A DNA stretch of 64,000 nucleotides from the human T2T-CHM13v2.0 reference genome, Homo sapiens. A model generated the notes under the pieces. The model saw nothing but the letters and a program-made list of their open reading frames with translations. It did not search any database and was not told the DNA's origin. Positions within the stretch are counted from its first letter, which is position 1. Each line of letters opens with the position of its first letter. Position numbers and translations under genes: made by a program. Of the stretch, positions 1 through 19,464 are shown piece after piece. The DNA lies in assembly GCF_009914755.1 (NCBI RefSeq), contig NC_060942.1, one strand, 5' to 3'.

Positions 1-729
1 TACATTAAAAATTGCAAAAGCCCTCTAAACTATTAAACAAATAGCACCATTCACCTTTCAGGAGCTTCATTCTCAATGTATTTCCTTTATATTTTATATT
101 TACTTTCTGTTTAATGACTTAAAATATGTAATATTTAGGTACTTTGATCAACTGTTCACTGAAAACAATGGTAAAGATAATTTAATCCAGAAAAATTTTA
201 AATACAGAGCTTTAAGATCGAAGTAAATAATTTTTTAAAATTTCAATGTGTACACCTATTTTTGTTACAGAAACATAAGGAAGTTCAATAAAAGACTTTT
301 AGACAGAAAAACACATTCCATTAGGATATAATTCTGTAGAAAACGTGGAAGGGCAGAGGTCCGGAGCCCGGGTCTGTGAACTGCCTTTGCCCCCAGGCCC
401 TCAGACCTTGCCCTCCGTGCTGAGATTTAGAGGCTGGAGGCCCTAATGACTGCTGATCTCATATCAGGTGAGAGCTCATCTCCTTGATGATAACAGGCAT
501 CATTAAGCCCTAATTAGTCAGGCCACAGGAAGCTGGTATCTATTATTTAAAGGAAAGCAAAACACATTTTCCTTCTTCTTTGGTAGAACAGGAAGCAAGG
601 CCACATGCTGAGCAGGAGGAGCCAGCACAGGGTGGAGTAGTGAAGGGCCACTCTGCCGCAGCCGCGTCTCAATGATGAGCCTATATGTATTTCCCACTGG
701 GCACAGCGGAGCGTCAGGGATTGAGTGGG

Positions 730-732
<3 letters not shown>

Positions 733-772
<40 letters not shown>
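733..772. repeat. (GT)n microsatellite
   Basis: About 20 GT units. Confidence 0.97.
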
Positions 773-776
<4 letters not shown>

Positions 777-944
777 GCTTATTTGCTTCACAAAGTCATT
801 CTGGACCTCAGTTGAGAGAGAGAGGCTCTGATTCTTTAACTGGTGGCCCCGGGCCCTAGCACCCACTCTGCAGATGGGGAAAGAGAGGAACATTTGTGAG
901 AGGTTTGGATAAGCCTGGTCCAGAGAAGAGGCACATCATTTAAA

Positions 945-1248
945 TTTTTTTTTTTTTTTGAGATAGTCTCACTCTGTTGCCCAGGTTGGAGTGCAATGGT
1001 GCGATCTTGGCTCGCTGCAGCTTCTGCCTCCCTGGTTCAAACGATCCTCTCACGTTAGCCCGGCAACTAGCTGGGACTGCAGGCACATGCCACTGTACCT
1101 GGCTATTTTTTTTTTTTTTTTGTATTTTTTGTAGAGACAGAGTTTCACCATGTTGCCTAGACTGGTCTCAAACTCTTGGGCTCAAGCGATCCACCTGCCC
1201 TGGCCTCCTAAGGGCTGGGATTACAGGTACGATCCACCATGCCTGGCC
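945..1248 (-). mobile_element. AluJ
   Basis: T-run followed by a reverse Alu dimer with J-type CTCAAGCGATCC. Confidence 0.9.
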
Positions 1249-3013
1249 TTTTTTTTTTTTTTTTTTTTTTTTACTTTAAAGGTTTTAGATATTTCCAACA
1301 ATAAGGAGCTTGAAGGGGCACATCACTTCTGCTCACACTCCATGACTTGAACTTGGTAGTTTGTGGCTTTCCTGGGGGTCCTGGAAGAAGGAGATGCTGG
1401 TTGGCTCCTCAGCTAGCTGTCTCTGCTCTACGGGGGTAGAAGGTTTGAAGACAGCTGAGAAGGTTGGAAATAGCCACTGCAGCACGGGGAGAACAGCTGA
1501 CCAGGAAACACAAGCCTGGTGGGCAGCATTAATGGCCTAGCTGCAGTCTGTGGGGTGGTGGGCTTTCTTCCAGCAGCCTCCAACTATGCCCCTACGAATG
1601 TCAACAGGAGAAGAGTTGGTTAGATCGAGCTTGTGGTTTCAAGGGAGAGACATGTCAGGGGGACAAGGAGGCAAGGGAATTGAAGATCTTGGCAGGAAAG
1701 AATCTGAGGAGCTACCATGTCTATGGTGGATAAGAAGAGAGTGGTCATGGCAGATGGGCGAAAAAGAAAGGGCTCACGTACCTACAGGTCTTGATGAAAC
1801 TGAAGAAGAGATGGAGTGGATGGAAGAGAATGAGAACTGGGAGGCAGGAGATCATATTCCAAGAGGAGTGTGTTTGAATTTAAGGTTTTGGAGTTAGGAC
1901 CATCCTGGATATAGCTGAGATGCTGAGTGTGGCCAAGAGAGGAAGGAGTGGGGTGGAGTGAAGGTAATTTTTTTCCTCTTACTTCTTTGTTTCCCAGACA
2001 CCACCCAATTGGGTGCTGGGTCTCAATACATGCTTATTATTTTAGCCTTAAATTATTTGAATCAGAAGCAGTAAAAAATAATGACTAAGTAGATTTGGCA
2101 TGTAGGATATTAAAAAATTTTTTTTTTGGTGGTATGGCTTTGTATAACAGAAAAAATATGTTAAAACAGAAAGCCTTTTTCAGGCTTTTAACCCTTTTCC
2201 ATATATATGGCATTGTATTTTATGTAAGTAAAAAAGTAAAACATACTGTCACAAGCAGGTGTGGTGTCAGTTTCCCAAGATGTAAAATTAAACTCTGTCT
2301 TGGGAGTGGATGGAAATGAAACCCCGCCTACTTCAACCTGTGCATTACACTGTATGTGCCATAATCCACATGGTTTAATGTGAATGGTTAGCAAATGAAA
2401 AATAAGAACAACAGTTTTAATGCCTGACATCTCACATCATTAGATAATATTAGTAGGGTCCTGTTACCAAAATGAGAGCTTTAGAGGGGCTAATTAGAAA
2501 TACCACTAATGATTTAAACACTAAAGATTAAGAAGTAGTTTTGTATTTTCGTCAAATCTAGTCAAGTTTTTCCTTTATCCTATAAAGTCTTATCAGGTGT
2601 TAGCGAGGGAGTCTTTCCAGGTAGAAAGAGCTGATGTAATTATTTTGGCTCATCTAGGCAAGAAAGCCTGCCTACCCAAGAGGTAAAAACGTCTGTATCT
2701 CTCAGATATAAGGATCGGTGATATCCATAAAGAGATTGCCCCTAGAAGATTCTATCTATACACAGGTCACTGCTCTTTCTCACTATATTCAAGCACAGCT
2801 TTAAAATCAATTGCAAAAAAATATTTCTTTATGTTGACTTCAAATCGTCATTTGGGCAATAAATAGAATCCAAGAAATTGACCTTCCATTGGGTGTGTTA
2901 CGTTGCCACTTCCTTATTCCTTCTCTACATACAATTGCTAGTCCTCAGTGAGAAGTTGGAGCCTACTGATTCAAAACTTCCTCTCCATGAACTTCAGTGA
3001 GATGAGAAATTAG

Positions 3014-3704
<691 letters not shown>

Positions 3705-4275
3705 TCAATAAATTTTTTTGTCTTCAAGCCTCAGTCTAAAACTCAGGCTACTACAACAGGTATCTCAAATGACAGTTTTTCTTCTCATATCAGCCCCATT
3801 GTCAGTTCAGTCTCTGAAGATGAAATGTCTTGAGATCACTGCTCTCCATACATAAAAGCAGTAATAGTAGACTTCTTCAAACTTGTATTTTAACCACGTG
3901 GCTCTACTTTTTACCTTAAATTAATGATGACTATCACCTGTTTTCCATAGTCGTATTTGTTAACTGAAGCTACTAAGTATTGTAAGTTTGTCTAAGACAG
4001 GATGATAGGGTACATAGGAAAAAATTAAATCTATTTTATAACTATAAAGGGAGGCATAAAACTAGAGCATGTTCCTGAAGCAAGTCATGTTTCAAAAAGA
4101 TGGTCAGGGATGCAGCATTTTTTTTAAACTAGGAACTATCTTTTTTTTTTTTTTTTAAAGATTAACAAAGAAAAAAAACAGGAAGTAAAGAACAACAACA
4201 ATTGGCATTGCTGTACCCAGCGCAGGAGAAGTTGTCTGATGTGTAGATATAATTTCAGTCATTTGAGATTAAAAG

Positions 4276-4664
<389 letters not shown>

Positions 4665-4710
4665 TCAGATGATATTTGATTAGTAAAAACATATTTTTGT
4701 CATTGGTGAA

Positions 4711-5377
4711 TGTACTGGGTTGGATAGGGCCTCCCCAAGTTCACGTCTCCCTGGAACCTCAGAACATGACCTTATTTGGAAATAAGGGTCTTTGCATGTG
4801 TGATCAAGTTAAGATGAGATCATACTGTATTAGGTTGCACCCTAAATCCAATGACTGGTGTTTTATTTTTTATTTTTAATTTATTTTTTGGACACAGGGT
4901 CTCACTCTGTCACCCAGGCTGGAGTGCAGTGGCGCAATCTCAGCTCACTGAAGCCTTGACCTCCCAGACTCAGGTGATCCTCACACTTCAGCCTCCTGAG
5001 TAGCCAGGACTACAGGTGTGTGCCACTGTGTCTGGATGATTTTTAAATTGTACGTAGAGACGGGGTCTCCCCATGTTGTCCAGGCTGGGATTGGTGTTTT
5101 TTAAAAGCTGTACAAAGACGCAGAGACACACAGGGAGAATACTGCGTGACAATGGAGGTGGAAATTGGAGTGAAGAGTCTAGAACCAGGAAATGCCGGCA
5201 GCCACCAAGAGCTAGAGGAGGCAAAAGGGGCTTCTTCCCAAGCGCCTTCAGCAAGGACATGGTCCTTCTATACCTCAATTTCAGACTTCTGGCCTCCAGA
5301 ATTGTGAGATAACAAATTTTTGTTGGTACAGGCAAGTTTGTGGTACTTTGTGGTAGCAGCCTAGGGAACCAACATAC
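4711..5377 (+). mobile_element. MLT1 (MaLR, MLT1B/C-like) solo LTR interrupted by a truncated AluJ (4861-5088, -)
   Basis: Motifs GAACCTCAGAACATGACCTTATTTGGAAATAAGGGTCTTTGC and GACTTCTGGCCTCCAGAATTGTGAGA; TGGTGTTTT flanks the Alu. Confidence 0.85.
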
Positions 5378-5628
5378 TTAGGTGGGGTAAAAAATATGGA
5401 GGTAGAGGGTTGTGATAGCTGACATTTTTTCTAAATGTTATGATGGACAGTCTGTGGTATAGCCTGAATGAACCAGATGCTTCCTGCTGGAAGAGTGACA
5501 TTCGCAGGTTCTTTGGTTCAGAGTTTACTAAAACGTAGTCAATAGACTTCCCTTCAGATGGAGAAATGATTTTCTATTTTATATATAAACGGGTTTGGTA
5601 TGCTTCATGGTATCTTTAACTTCACTAA

Positions 5629-5976
<348 letters not shown>

Positions 5977-6512
5977 CAATTTACTTTTCATAATTTGTTT
6001 TTGCATTTTTCTTCATCTCCAAGGCCAGCCTCATAGATGTGTAATATTTAATTTTACTTTTAGCTAATAGTTACAAATATCACATTTCTTTGTCATTGAA
6101 TACTTTTGAAATTATTCCGATGCTTATTTATCGAACTTTATGAGGCTAAGAACCTTTGTGATTTTTTTTGGGGGAGCATAGACAATATTTTATATGCTGA
6201 TAGCTATTACCAAAGCATAGGGGTTACTTAAATGAACAAGCGATGATCTATCACAAGAGAAATGGAAACAGACATTTAATACATCATTTTGCTAATGGTT
6301 CTTCCCTATACACTCATCAGCCCCCATTCATTTTTTGCTCTAATAAATGGACTATATTGTTTTATAAATTTTCTTTTGAGTGTTAATATAAGAAGGAAGT
6401 TATTGCAGCCCTCTTTACACAGAGACCTAACGGAATAAAGGACTTGACCAACATCACAGTTTTCCTATCAGTGGGTAGGTTTTCTAGCTGGATTAATGCC
6501 AGCTCTTCCTCC

Positions 6513-6816
6513 TTTTTTTTTTTTTTTTTGAGACAGGGTCTCACTCTTTCACCCAGGCTGGAGTGCAAATGGTACAATCTTGGCTCACTGCAACGTCTGC
6601 CTCCCAGGTTCAAGTGATTCTCCTGCCTCAGCCTCCTGAGTAGCTGGGACTACAGGTGTGTGCCACCATGCCTGGCTAATTTTTGTATGTTTTTGTAGAG
6701 ACAGGGTTTTACCATGTTGGCCAGGCTGGCCTTAAACCTCTGATCTCAAGTGATCTGCCTGCCCGCCTTGGCCTCCCAAAGTGTTGGGATTACAGGCGTG
6801 AGCCACCACACCTGAC
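6513..6816 (-). mobile_element. AluS
   Basis: Reverse Alu dimer. Confidence 0.9.
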
Positions 6817-7465
6817 CCTTCCTCCTGTTCTTAGCTCAAATCTCATCCAAAGGAAATTGGCACTCTCCATTTCCTTTTATATTAAGAATGAGTTTCATGT
6901 TCATAAGTATATACTCTGAAATAGTAAACCAATATTCTCTTTGAAATGGGTCCCCTTGATGTCAACACAGGGATATAAGGTAGAATGGCAAGACAAGGCC
7001 CTGTACTTAAACTGCTCTGCAGCCAAAATGGAAACTAAAGACCATTGGTTTGGTCAGGCCATTAACCTACATAATCATAAAAGCAGAGATCCTTGTCCAT
7101 TGGTGATATCTACCCTAAAGCACAGTGAAATTTAGTCTAACACCTAATTTAATGTTTTGATTTTCCTATTCTGTAGTCTGATCTTGTAGACATTGAATTG
7201 GTGCTGTTTTACCCTGGTGAACACAAGATTTGAAAAAGCCTCTGAAAGGCGAGGGAATTACATAAACTATGCTGCATAGTTAGATGGTCTGAAACTTTGC
7301 TCTGCCTATGAAGTAAACACCTTCATAGGTTGTCACGTTCTTGGACATGCAAATAGCTTCTGTGGAGATACATTAAATATACATTTCCAAACTTATCGGC
7401 CAGCTAACATAGGAAATATGTTAGATTTAAACACCAGGATTTTAGAATTTGTGTACTTTCTTTAA

Positions 7466-7856
<391 letters not shown>

Positions 7857-8858
7857 TAAATACTGGGCAATTTACTAGTGATTTTCTTGGAAAGCAGATG
7901 GCCTCTTTGGTCACCAATTCTGTAGGGTCTGTGAAAGAGGATACGGTGAGTAGTTAAAATATAAGCATAAAGAAAAAAGTAAGACAAACAGCAGGGGACA
8001 GACTTCTGGGTTATAGAACACCACCCAACATTTCACTGTCTTAGCTTCATGTTTTCTCTACAAAGTATCTCATTACATCTGTTTGGGAAGTTTTCTTCCC
8101 TAACCTCCATAGAAAACAAATTATTTTGTTAGAACTGGAGGGTGGTATCTGTGATTTCAAGATGGTTCTTCGCCATTTTAATCTCTCTTTATCTCAGGTT
8201 AGACTTTTGTTTGCAATTGTGATTTTCAAAGAAAAGGTCCTTGTCAAATGTTTCAAGTAGAACACAGCAACACACATTTATTTGCACCCCAACTTGTCAA
8301 CAAAGCGTGGGGACAGGCATGAAGGAGAGATGCCATTGCCTGCCAGTGTTTAACTTCATTGCTGCCCAACTCAGAACTCATCTGACTAAAAACACTTCTT
8401 AACCCCAATGTTTTTCTGTCATTTTAGGATTTCACTGTGGCACAAAATGTTCCTGCGGTCCAAAATTGAGAAGGGAATTGAAACAAGGGAAATTTTACTG
8501 TTATGAAATATAATAAATAGTGCTTGCTTTACTGTATGATTTTTATGCTTCCTAATTATATGGACTCTATACAGTTTGTATAGTCACAATGACAAGAATT
8601 ATTTTATCTTCCCTTTCTTTGGCCCAGCTTTTTGGGCCACTCTGTGACTAGCAATGAGCATTAAGTGGTTAGTAAGGAAGCAGGTGCCCAGATATTGGCT
8701 CCAGTTTTCACAGTATCCACCAGTGACTGTGGACAATTTGGGTAAGTCATTCTCCACAAAGAACATGGTTTATTTGTATTTTTATGGATTTGAGCTATGT
8801 AGTTAATAAGGCTATGGTAGCTCTTTGATGTTCTGTGCTGAATTTTCATAGTTCATTC

Positions 8859-9151
<293 letters not shown>

Positions 9152-9319
9152 TCGTAGTTCATTCTTAAAATCTATAACCATTAGCATTAAAACATAAATA
9201 ATTGAAATTTAAGCATAAAATATTTAATGAGTAAAAAAATGGCCCAGAAGAGAATTAAAAATCAATAGCTATTCATAAGGGTAGGTTTTCATATAGCTTG
9301 TATTAGGTAGCATTGTATT

Positions 9320-9350
<31 letters not shown>
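9320..9350. repeat. (TG)n microsatellite
   Basis: Direct reading. Confidence 0.9.
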
Positions 9351-9351
<1 letters not shown>

Positions 9352-9360
9352 TGGGAGGAG

Positions 9361-9756
9361 TGCATTAATTTGTGAGGGTTCCCATCTCCCATAACAAAAG
9401 ACTTCAGACTGGGTGGCTTAAACAACAATTTTTTCCTCACAATTCTGGAGGCTAGATGTCTGAGATCAAGGTGTCGGCAGGGTTGGTGTCTTCTGAGGCC
9501 TCTCTCCTTGGCTTGTAGGTGGCCGCCTTCTCACTACACTTGGTCTTTTCTCTGTACCTATCTGTGTCCAAGTCTCTTTTTATAAGGACAACAGTCATAT
9601 TGGATTGGAGTTCATTCTAATGACCTCATTTTAATTCTATTGCCTCTTTAAAACCTTATCTCCAAATAGACAGTCATATTCTAAGGTATTGGGGGATAGG
9701 ACTTCGACATGTGAATGTTTTTTTTTGGTTGGGGGGATACAATTTAGCCCATAACA
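9361..9756 (-). mobile_element. MLT1 (MaLR) solo LTR
   Basis: CAGACTGGGTGGCTTAAACAAC...TTCTGGAGGCTAG...AATTTAGCCCATAACA. Confidence 0.82.
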
Positions 9757-9877
9757 GTGGGTATATGGCTTTAACAGCTTTCTTGAGGTTTATCTTATGA
9801 ACTATACATTTAGCCCATGTTAAGGTTGACCAGTCTTAGTAATTTTATGCAGCCCTGCGACTGTCACCGCAGTCCCA

Positions 9878-10162
<285 letters not shown>

Positions 10163-10519
10163 CACACCGCAGCCCCATTTTAGAACTACATGACGTTCTA
10201 AGTCTCAAGGAGCACGATGATGTAATGGGAGTACTGGATGACAACCCAGTTGTTACATTCTGAAATTACTTAATAAAATTTATGTTTCAAGAATTGGTTA
10301 AAATGATTGCCTATTGGTCTGTAAATCTTCCTAATCAGTTATACTGACGTTGATATATTTTGCACTTAGCATCCTGCCTATTTTTTTTTTTTTTTGGCCA
10401 TGGTTTTTCTTATAAGGATGAAAGAGGAGGCCCCAAATAAGCTGCCTAGAAGGGAAAAAGTGTTATAAGTTTTCATATGGAAGATTTCATCTGATTTTGA
10501 TAGAATGGAAAGGGCACTG

Positions 10520-10700
10520 ACCAGGCACAGAGGCTCACACCTGTTAATTCCAGCACTTTGGGAGGTTGAGGCAGGAGGATTGCTTGAGGCCAGGAGTTTG
10601 AGACCAGATGGGCAACATAGGGAGACCCTGTCTCTACAAAAAATAATTTAAAAATTAGCTGGGTGTGGTGGTACATGCCTGTAGTCCTAGCTACTCAGGC
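10520..10700 (+). mobile_element. AluJ, 3'-truncated
   Basis: Left arm plus the start of the right arm. Confidence 0.85.
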
Positions 10701-11033
10701 CAGGAGTTGGGGAGACCTGGGTTTGCTCTGAGATTGGTACTTTCCAAACTAAGCCTCAATCTTCTCAACCAAATAAGACCCTGCTCGGCATGCAACACTG
10801 TTAGGAGCATAATAAAGAATATTACCCAGGGTAAAAATCCTTAAAAAGTTTTTTAATGTACATATAGGATGGTATTACTTTTTGAAGAAAAATAAAATGG
10901 GGCCCCTGATTAGAAATAATTAAAATAGACTTTTCTGAGCTGTTAACAGTTTACCCAGTTACTTCAAAGAATAATTATTTTGCCAGAACCTTAAACTTTA
11001 AATTGTTCTATAATCTAAATATTAGTATTACTA

Positions 11034-11317
<284 letters not shown>

Positions 11318-11714
11318 CTATAATCTAATTATTAATGTGCCAAACAGCCTAAAGAAATTGGCTCAAAAAGACAAAGAGGTTAAGGTAAATGTTAACAATT
11401 ACAAAATCATGCTTCAAGTTTATGAACAGCAGTCATATTTCATCATACTTTTAACTCTCATTAGATTGCATTTAAATACATTGGGAAAGTTGTTTGCAGT
11501 TTGAAGCTTCCTCTGCTTTTGCTCACAAGGGTCTCTTCTCAAAGAGTTATTTATTATTTGAAAGTAATGAGGGTCTCAGAAAGGAAAAGTCACTCCTACC
11601 ACTCCACTCTACAATACATCTGAATTCAGATCACCCTGACTTCAGCCCAAATACCCTGGTTCTACAGTTACACTTGGTCTTAATTGAAATATGTGTAGCA
11701 AGGCAGGTTTATAG

Positions 11715-12175
<461 letters not shown>

Positions 12176-12308
12176 TAAATATGTAGGACAGCTCTCAGTC
12201 CGATATTTGAGGAAATAATGTTATTATCATCAGTGCTCACTCACTCTTTACCTCTTGTAGAAGAGTTTACTGAGGGGAGTATATGTAAACCCCCATTTGT
12301 GGACTAAT

Positions 12309-13007
<699 letters not shown>

Positions 13008-13648
13008 CTAATGTTCTGTCATTTGCAACTTCCAGTAAAATAAAGTACTGTTTAATTATATTTAGAACTTATGACTGGCAATTCTTAGATTGAATCACTC
13101 AGACTTCTAAAGATCTGGCGTGTTCTTAAGAACATTAAGTCTTGCAACTTGTATTACAAAACCTCTTTCTAAGTGGATTTGCTCTTTTCAAATGGAAACC
13201 ATTAGTAGTGCATTGAACCATATGTGGAAATAAATCAGATGGCAGAACATGCTGTTAATTTCCCCAAGACACTGATTTTAAATATTCTTTACAAACAGGT
13301 CTAGCTCAACATGCTTGCTTTTCCTTCATGGAAACTGAAATCTCACCTGGCAATAGATTTCAATGTCTGGACACACACGTGACACTTTGAGGAAAGCCAC
13401 TGAAAACAGCTGCGGCCAAGAAAGTCTTCAGATCTCAAGGCCACAGCTAAGATATAAAGCCAAGGGGAGGAGCCAGCTGCAGGTTCTGTATTAGATGGAT
13501 CTCCCAGGGGAGGGGCAAAATATCTCTCTTACTGAACTCCACAGAGTGTATTTGCTCTCTAGGTAAAGGTGGGAGGGAAGGGGCCCTAGGATTGTTTGAG
13601 ATGCAATCTTGAGAGGTTGTGAGATTACACTCATTAAAAAAAATAACT

Positions 13649-13830
13649 GGCCAGGTGCAGTGGCGCATGCCTGTAATCCCAGTACTTCGGGATACTGAGT
13701 TGGATGGGTTGCGTGAGCCTAGGAGAGATCAAGGCTGCAATGAGCCATGCTCACATCACTGCACTCCAGCCTGGGTGACAGAGTGAGACCCTGTCTCAAT
13801 TAAAATAATGATAATGATAATAATAACAAC
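13649..13830 (+). mobile_element. Alu monomer (FRAM/AluJ-type)
   Basis: Single arm with an (AAT)n tail. Confidence 0.8.
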
Positions 13831-13971
13831 CTCAGGTGGAACTTGGAAATGGTACCATGAAAGCAAGTATCTTTGAGTTTCTAAGGTAAACACAAAATCT
13901 GGCCCTGGAACTCCTAGCAAGCCATGAGATTGGTAACATTGATCCAGGCTCAGACTGATGTTTGTTAGTAA

Positions 13972-14344
<373 letters not shown>

Positions 14345-15264
14345 TGAATAAAGTCCTGACATGTTCCCAAGCCTAAATTTCCCTCATTATTGATTCTTTT
14401 GTTTGAAATGTTTCCAAGATAGTCATCTCTCTAAATTATTTCCTGATTACTCAGACGTGATAAATCATAAAGTCACCTATTTCTTCTAAAGAGATTTGGA
14501 GAAGTGTTAAGCGATCAGTTTAAATCCCAAGCAGTGCAACATGAGCTGCTGGATTTGCTAATGATCACTCTAAATAGTGTTTCTTGTAAGCATTGGCAAT
14601 GAACATGAGAACTCGCTTTATTCATTTTCTCTGATTACAAAGAAGATGAAATTTCACGTAAGTGCACTGTAAGAAGCTGCCCATGTTTCTCCTGTATTCA
14701 GATAGTTTCCACAATTCCATTCTCATTCTTAGGGAATCAGTTCTTCCCTTGGTAGATGAAGGTAGTTTCTGTTTAGCGGAGGACTTGGCCCATCTTTCCT
14801 TAAGGGATGACAATCTTTGTACCATTGCCACAAGTGAAGGCTTCTAGGACATCTCCATGGATGGAATAAGCCATTGCAGAAGGAAGGACACCTCCTCAGA
14901 GAATGGCCTTTGAGGAAGATCCATGGGAAAGAGGGAAAAGGTAAGAAAATGCATATCTACTAATAACCTTCAGTAACACCAATGGGGTAAACTACAAATC
15001 AATTTGAAAGGAATACATTAAAGACTAAATGTTCCAAATCAAATTGGTGCTCAGTTTGTGCACGTAAAAAACTTGTGTGCTAAAGCAGGGAACAGATTTC
15101 TGAATATTACTTGCCAATGACAACGTGTACTTGCATTTTTACTCAGTAAATGTTCATTATTGTCAAATGTATCCCCAGGGGCCTTTTAATTTTTAGAAAT
15201 ATAAAAATGAATAAGTCATGGTCTTTGCTAAGATGAGAACACAAATTAGTAAAAGATATTTTAG

Positions 15265-15575
<311 letters not shown>

Positions 15576-16070
15576 CAGTAATTGTTAAAAAAGTGTGGTT
15601 TTGGAAATGTGCCAATGTGGAGCAAACACAAATTATACATATGAATTAGATCTAAGGCTTTTAGTGCCCTTACAGTGAAACATTAAGACAAATTTCTCTC
15701 TTTTTCTCTCTGTGCAAACTAATATTAATTTGTTAATCTATAATACTCTGATATCAACTGTGTAACAAGATGAGCTCATCTTTATCGACGAAAACATGAT
15801 GTATTTTTCCATTTTGGTGGTAGCTGACAAAAATGACTAACCTTTAAAGGGTTTATTATGACTCACTGATTTGAGCTGGGTGTATACCAATGAACACTTC
15901 ACTAAATATTAAGGTAGTTTGAAAAGAAACTTGCTGAAAGACTTAACATCTTTTGCAATAGCTGGTTTACACTCCGTATCTCTACTTTATCCTAGAATGA
16001 ATATCATACCTGAATCTCCTTTGTAAATATTTACTTGTTCGAGTAAAAGAGAAATAGAAAAAAATTACTT

Positions 16071-16385
<315 letters not shown>

Positions 16386-17953
16386 ACTCATTCTTTTACT
16401 AAGAACAAGGAAGTTTATGACCATAAATCATTTGGTGGCACCAACAGTGACAGACTTCAACTTTTGACGTCAATCTTGAATGTTCAGGTTGGGCTGAGGT
16501 GCTGCAAAAACACCATAGGAGCACCAAATCCCCTACGTTAACAAACTCAGGGTGGTATTTGCATGATGAGTTTAGTATTCCACTGCTCAGATGTAGAAAT
16601 AGAGCCACAGAGAAGTGGAAGCAATCATGAATGTTTTAGATTGAAGACAAGCTCAGAGAAATGATTAAAATTCTGGAGTATTAAGATTCTGTTCTGGCCC
16701 CTAGTTCTGTTTTTCCCCTAAATTAGGTCATAGAACATCATTTTGGCCAGAAGGAAAATTCGATTCTTTAGTTTTAAAGCTTAACCCCTACCCCCAAAAT
16801 GCACAGAAGTCAGATTCTACAACATCAAAACACCATGTGTCAAAGGAAAAACATGTTTAAAAAATTGTTTCCAGATATTATTATTAAATTATTGAATTTA
16901 AGGTGCAGTAGAATAGCTGTAGAGCTAAAACATGTAGTATTTAAAAGTAAAATTTAATTTTTATTTGTTCATATTCCAGCCAAAATGGCTGTTAGTAGTA
17001 ATTTACAGTATATCATAAAAGACTGTATCAAGTGTCAAACTGGAATAGTCACTTATTAGAGTCTAAGGAAAACAAAAGAACTTTGATTATTCAGATTGAA
17101 TCATGGGATAAAATATTAGCAGCCAGGTCACCTTGATCTCAAGTTATATGAACAGTAGACTAAAGCGATTTGTATTTACTTCCCTTTTCCTCCTCCTGCC
17201 TTTTAATATTCAAGACAGACTTGTTTCCAGAGGCTGAATAGAGCTGATGTGTCCAGGGAGTTTTAGACAAGCTCAAGGGGAATTGTGAGCCATGAAAAAA
17301 TCAGAAGGAGGGCCACTTGCCATTCTCATCTCATTTTAATCATGTTATTGTTCCAAGGATATACACCAAATTTTCAAGACTGTTATTCACCTATTTTTAA
17401 AACTATTTTGTAGCTTCTATGCATAGCTCTGGCATCATGCATAGATAAAAACTTAACTATGCAATCCTGCTGGATGAGACCTTCCTGAAGACACACATTC
17501 CTTACTCTTTTGTGTTACCATTAAGGCCAATGTGGACAAATTTCCAAAGTGTTCTACAACTGTCTTTTCAGACTGTACTCAAATAGGTCAGAAAGACAAA
17601 ATTCTTTAATGATGACACTTGTTCCCTGCTTTGATGACAGGAAGTACCGATGCCAAGCAAATAACCACATCTGTACTGTAAGCCTACATTTCATTTAGTG
17701 TTTTGAGAAACATAGCATATGTGATTCAGAGTAAAGGCATTTATTATGACACTTCGTCATAGAGAGCTTACCTTGGCAATTTCTGCTGTTTAAAAAAGTG
17801 CATTCAGCTTTTAACCCATGGAATTCTGATAGCTCCGATTTTGCCTGTACTAAAATTACTTTCGCACTTCTTAGGGGTTTGAATGTAACCTCCTACATAA
17901 ATTTTTTGGTGTCCAGAGATTCCATGCCATGGAAAGAGAAACAGACCTATTCT

Positions 17954-18530
17954 TTTTTAATTTTTGAATTTTTAAATATATTTTGTAATTTTTGTGGATA
18001 CATAGTAGATGTATATATTTACGGGATACATGGCGATGTTTTGATACAGGCATGCAATGTGAAATAGCACATTACGGAGAATGGGGTAATCATCCACCTC
18101 TCAAGTATTTATGCTTTGAGTTATAAACAAGCCAATACATGAAGTTATTTTATTTATTATCATTATTATTATTATTTGAGACAGGGTCTCATTCTGTTGT
18201 CCAAGCTGGAGTGCCGTGGCACAATCAAGGCTCACTGCAGCCGTGACCTCCCTGGGCTCAGGCGATCCTCCCACCTCAGCCTCCTGAGTAGCTGGGACTA
18301 CAGGTGCATGCCACCATGCCTGCCTATTTCTTTTGCATTTTTTGTAGAGACGAGGTTTTGCCATGTTGCCCAGGCTGGTCTCAAAATCCTGGGCTTAAGC
18401 AATCCATTTGCCTTCACCTCTCAAAGTGCTAGGATTACAGGCATAAGCCACTGTGCCTGGCCATAAGTTATTTAAAAATATACAATTAAGTTATTATTGA
18501 CTATAGTCACCCTATTGTGCTGTCAAATAA
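17954..18530 (-). mobile_element. L1MA 3'-end fragment interrupted by an AluJ (18145-18462, -)
   Basis: ATACATAGTAGATGTATATATTTA...TTATTATTGACTATAGTCACCCT is typical of the L1MA 3'UTR. Confidence 0.75.
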
Positions 18531-19464
18531 TAAACATTATTTCTAAAAGAATAATGGAAACATAAGATGACAAAATATTTTGTCGTTTTATTTTGACTTC
18601 TGGGAGATGCAATGTGGATGTTGAAATTTTGGCATTTCAGAGACATTTAAATGGCTTATGGGATCACAGGGCAGAATATTTTATCCCAAATTTTTACTCA
18701 TTCAAGTTGTGTTTTTCTATTCAAATATTTAATTTTAAAAATATTGAAATATTTAAAAAATATAGAAAAGGATTGCATTCATTTACTTCATAAATATCTA
18801 TTGAGAGTTTACTACATGCCAGCAACTGATCTCCATGTTTGGGATATATCAGAGAACCATGTAGACAAAAATCCATGGATTTCTGGAAAATATAACCTAG
18901 CAGGGTAGGCAGGTGATAAAGAACAATCGCAGAGATAGTCTTGACTAGATGACAGGCCACGTTACCTAGTGCTCAAGCACTGGGAATTGGATGTAGATGG
19001 TCCTATACACTAATGGGCAGGAAGGCAGCATATGTGGGTATAGATGCTAGTGGGCGGTGGATGTGGTGGGGGAGGCTCAGGACCCTCTGATGGCATCATT
19101 GCTCTCTGGGAAGTAAGAAGCATGGTCATAAGCAGAAAGCAAAGATAGCAGAGGAAGTGGTGGATATTTGAGGAAAGAAGCTGAAGGTGTGGAAAATTTA
19201 TTTAGTATAGAAAATGACATAACAGATACTTATAAACAACCCTAAGTTTAAACAGATAACATTTTGCCGAGATACTCAAAGTAACTGTCTGTTGATCATT
19301 TACCTTTCCATCTTCTCAAAGAAAAGCACTCTCTCAAAACCGGAGTATTTGATACTTATGCCTGATGTTCAAATTAGGACTGTTTAAGTTGGATTTGAAG
19401 CTGCTTATTTCTCTGAGAAACTGAATTCAATATGCTCCCCCCAACCCAGTGCCTTTTATTGCTT

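Noticed and set aside
1-345. Possible hAT/Charlie transposon remnant
   Set aside because: Resemblance too vague to assign without a Dfam search.
14701-14946. Possible exon (TTCAG acceptor ... AAG|GTAAGA donor)
   Set aside because: Splice-like motifs alone are common; no partner exons or homology visible.
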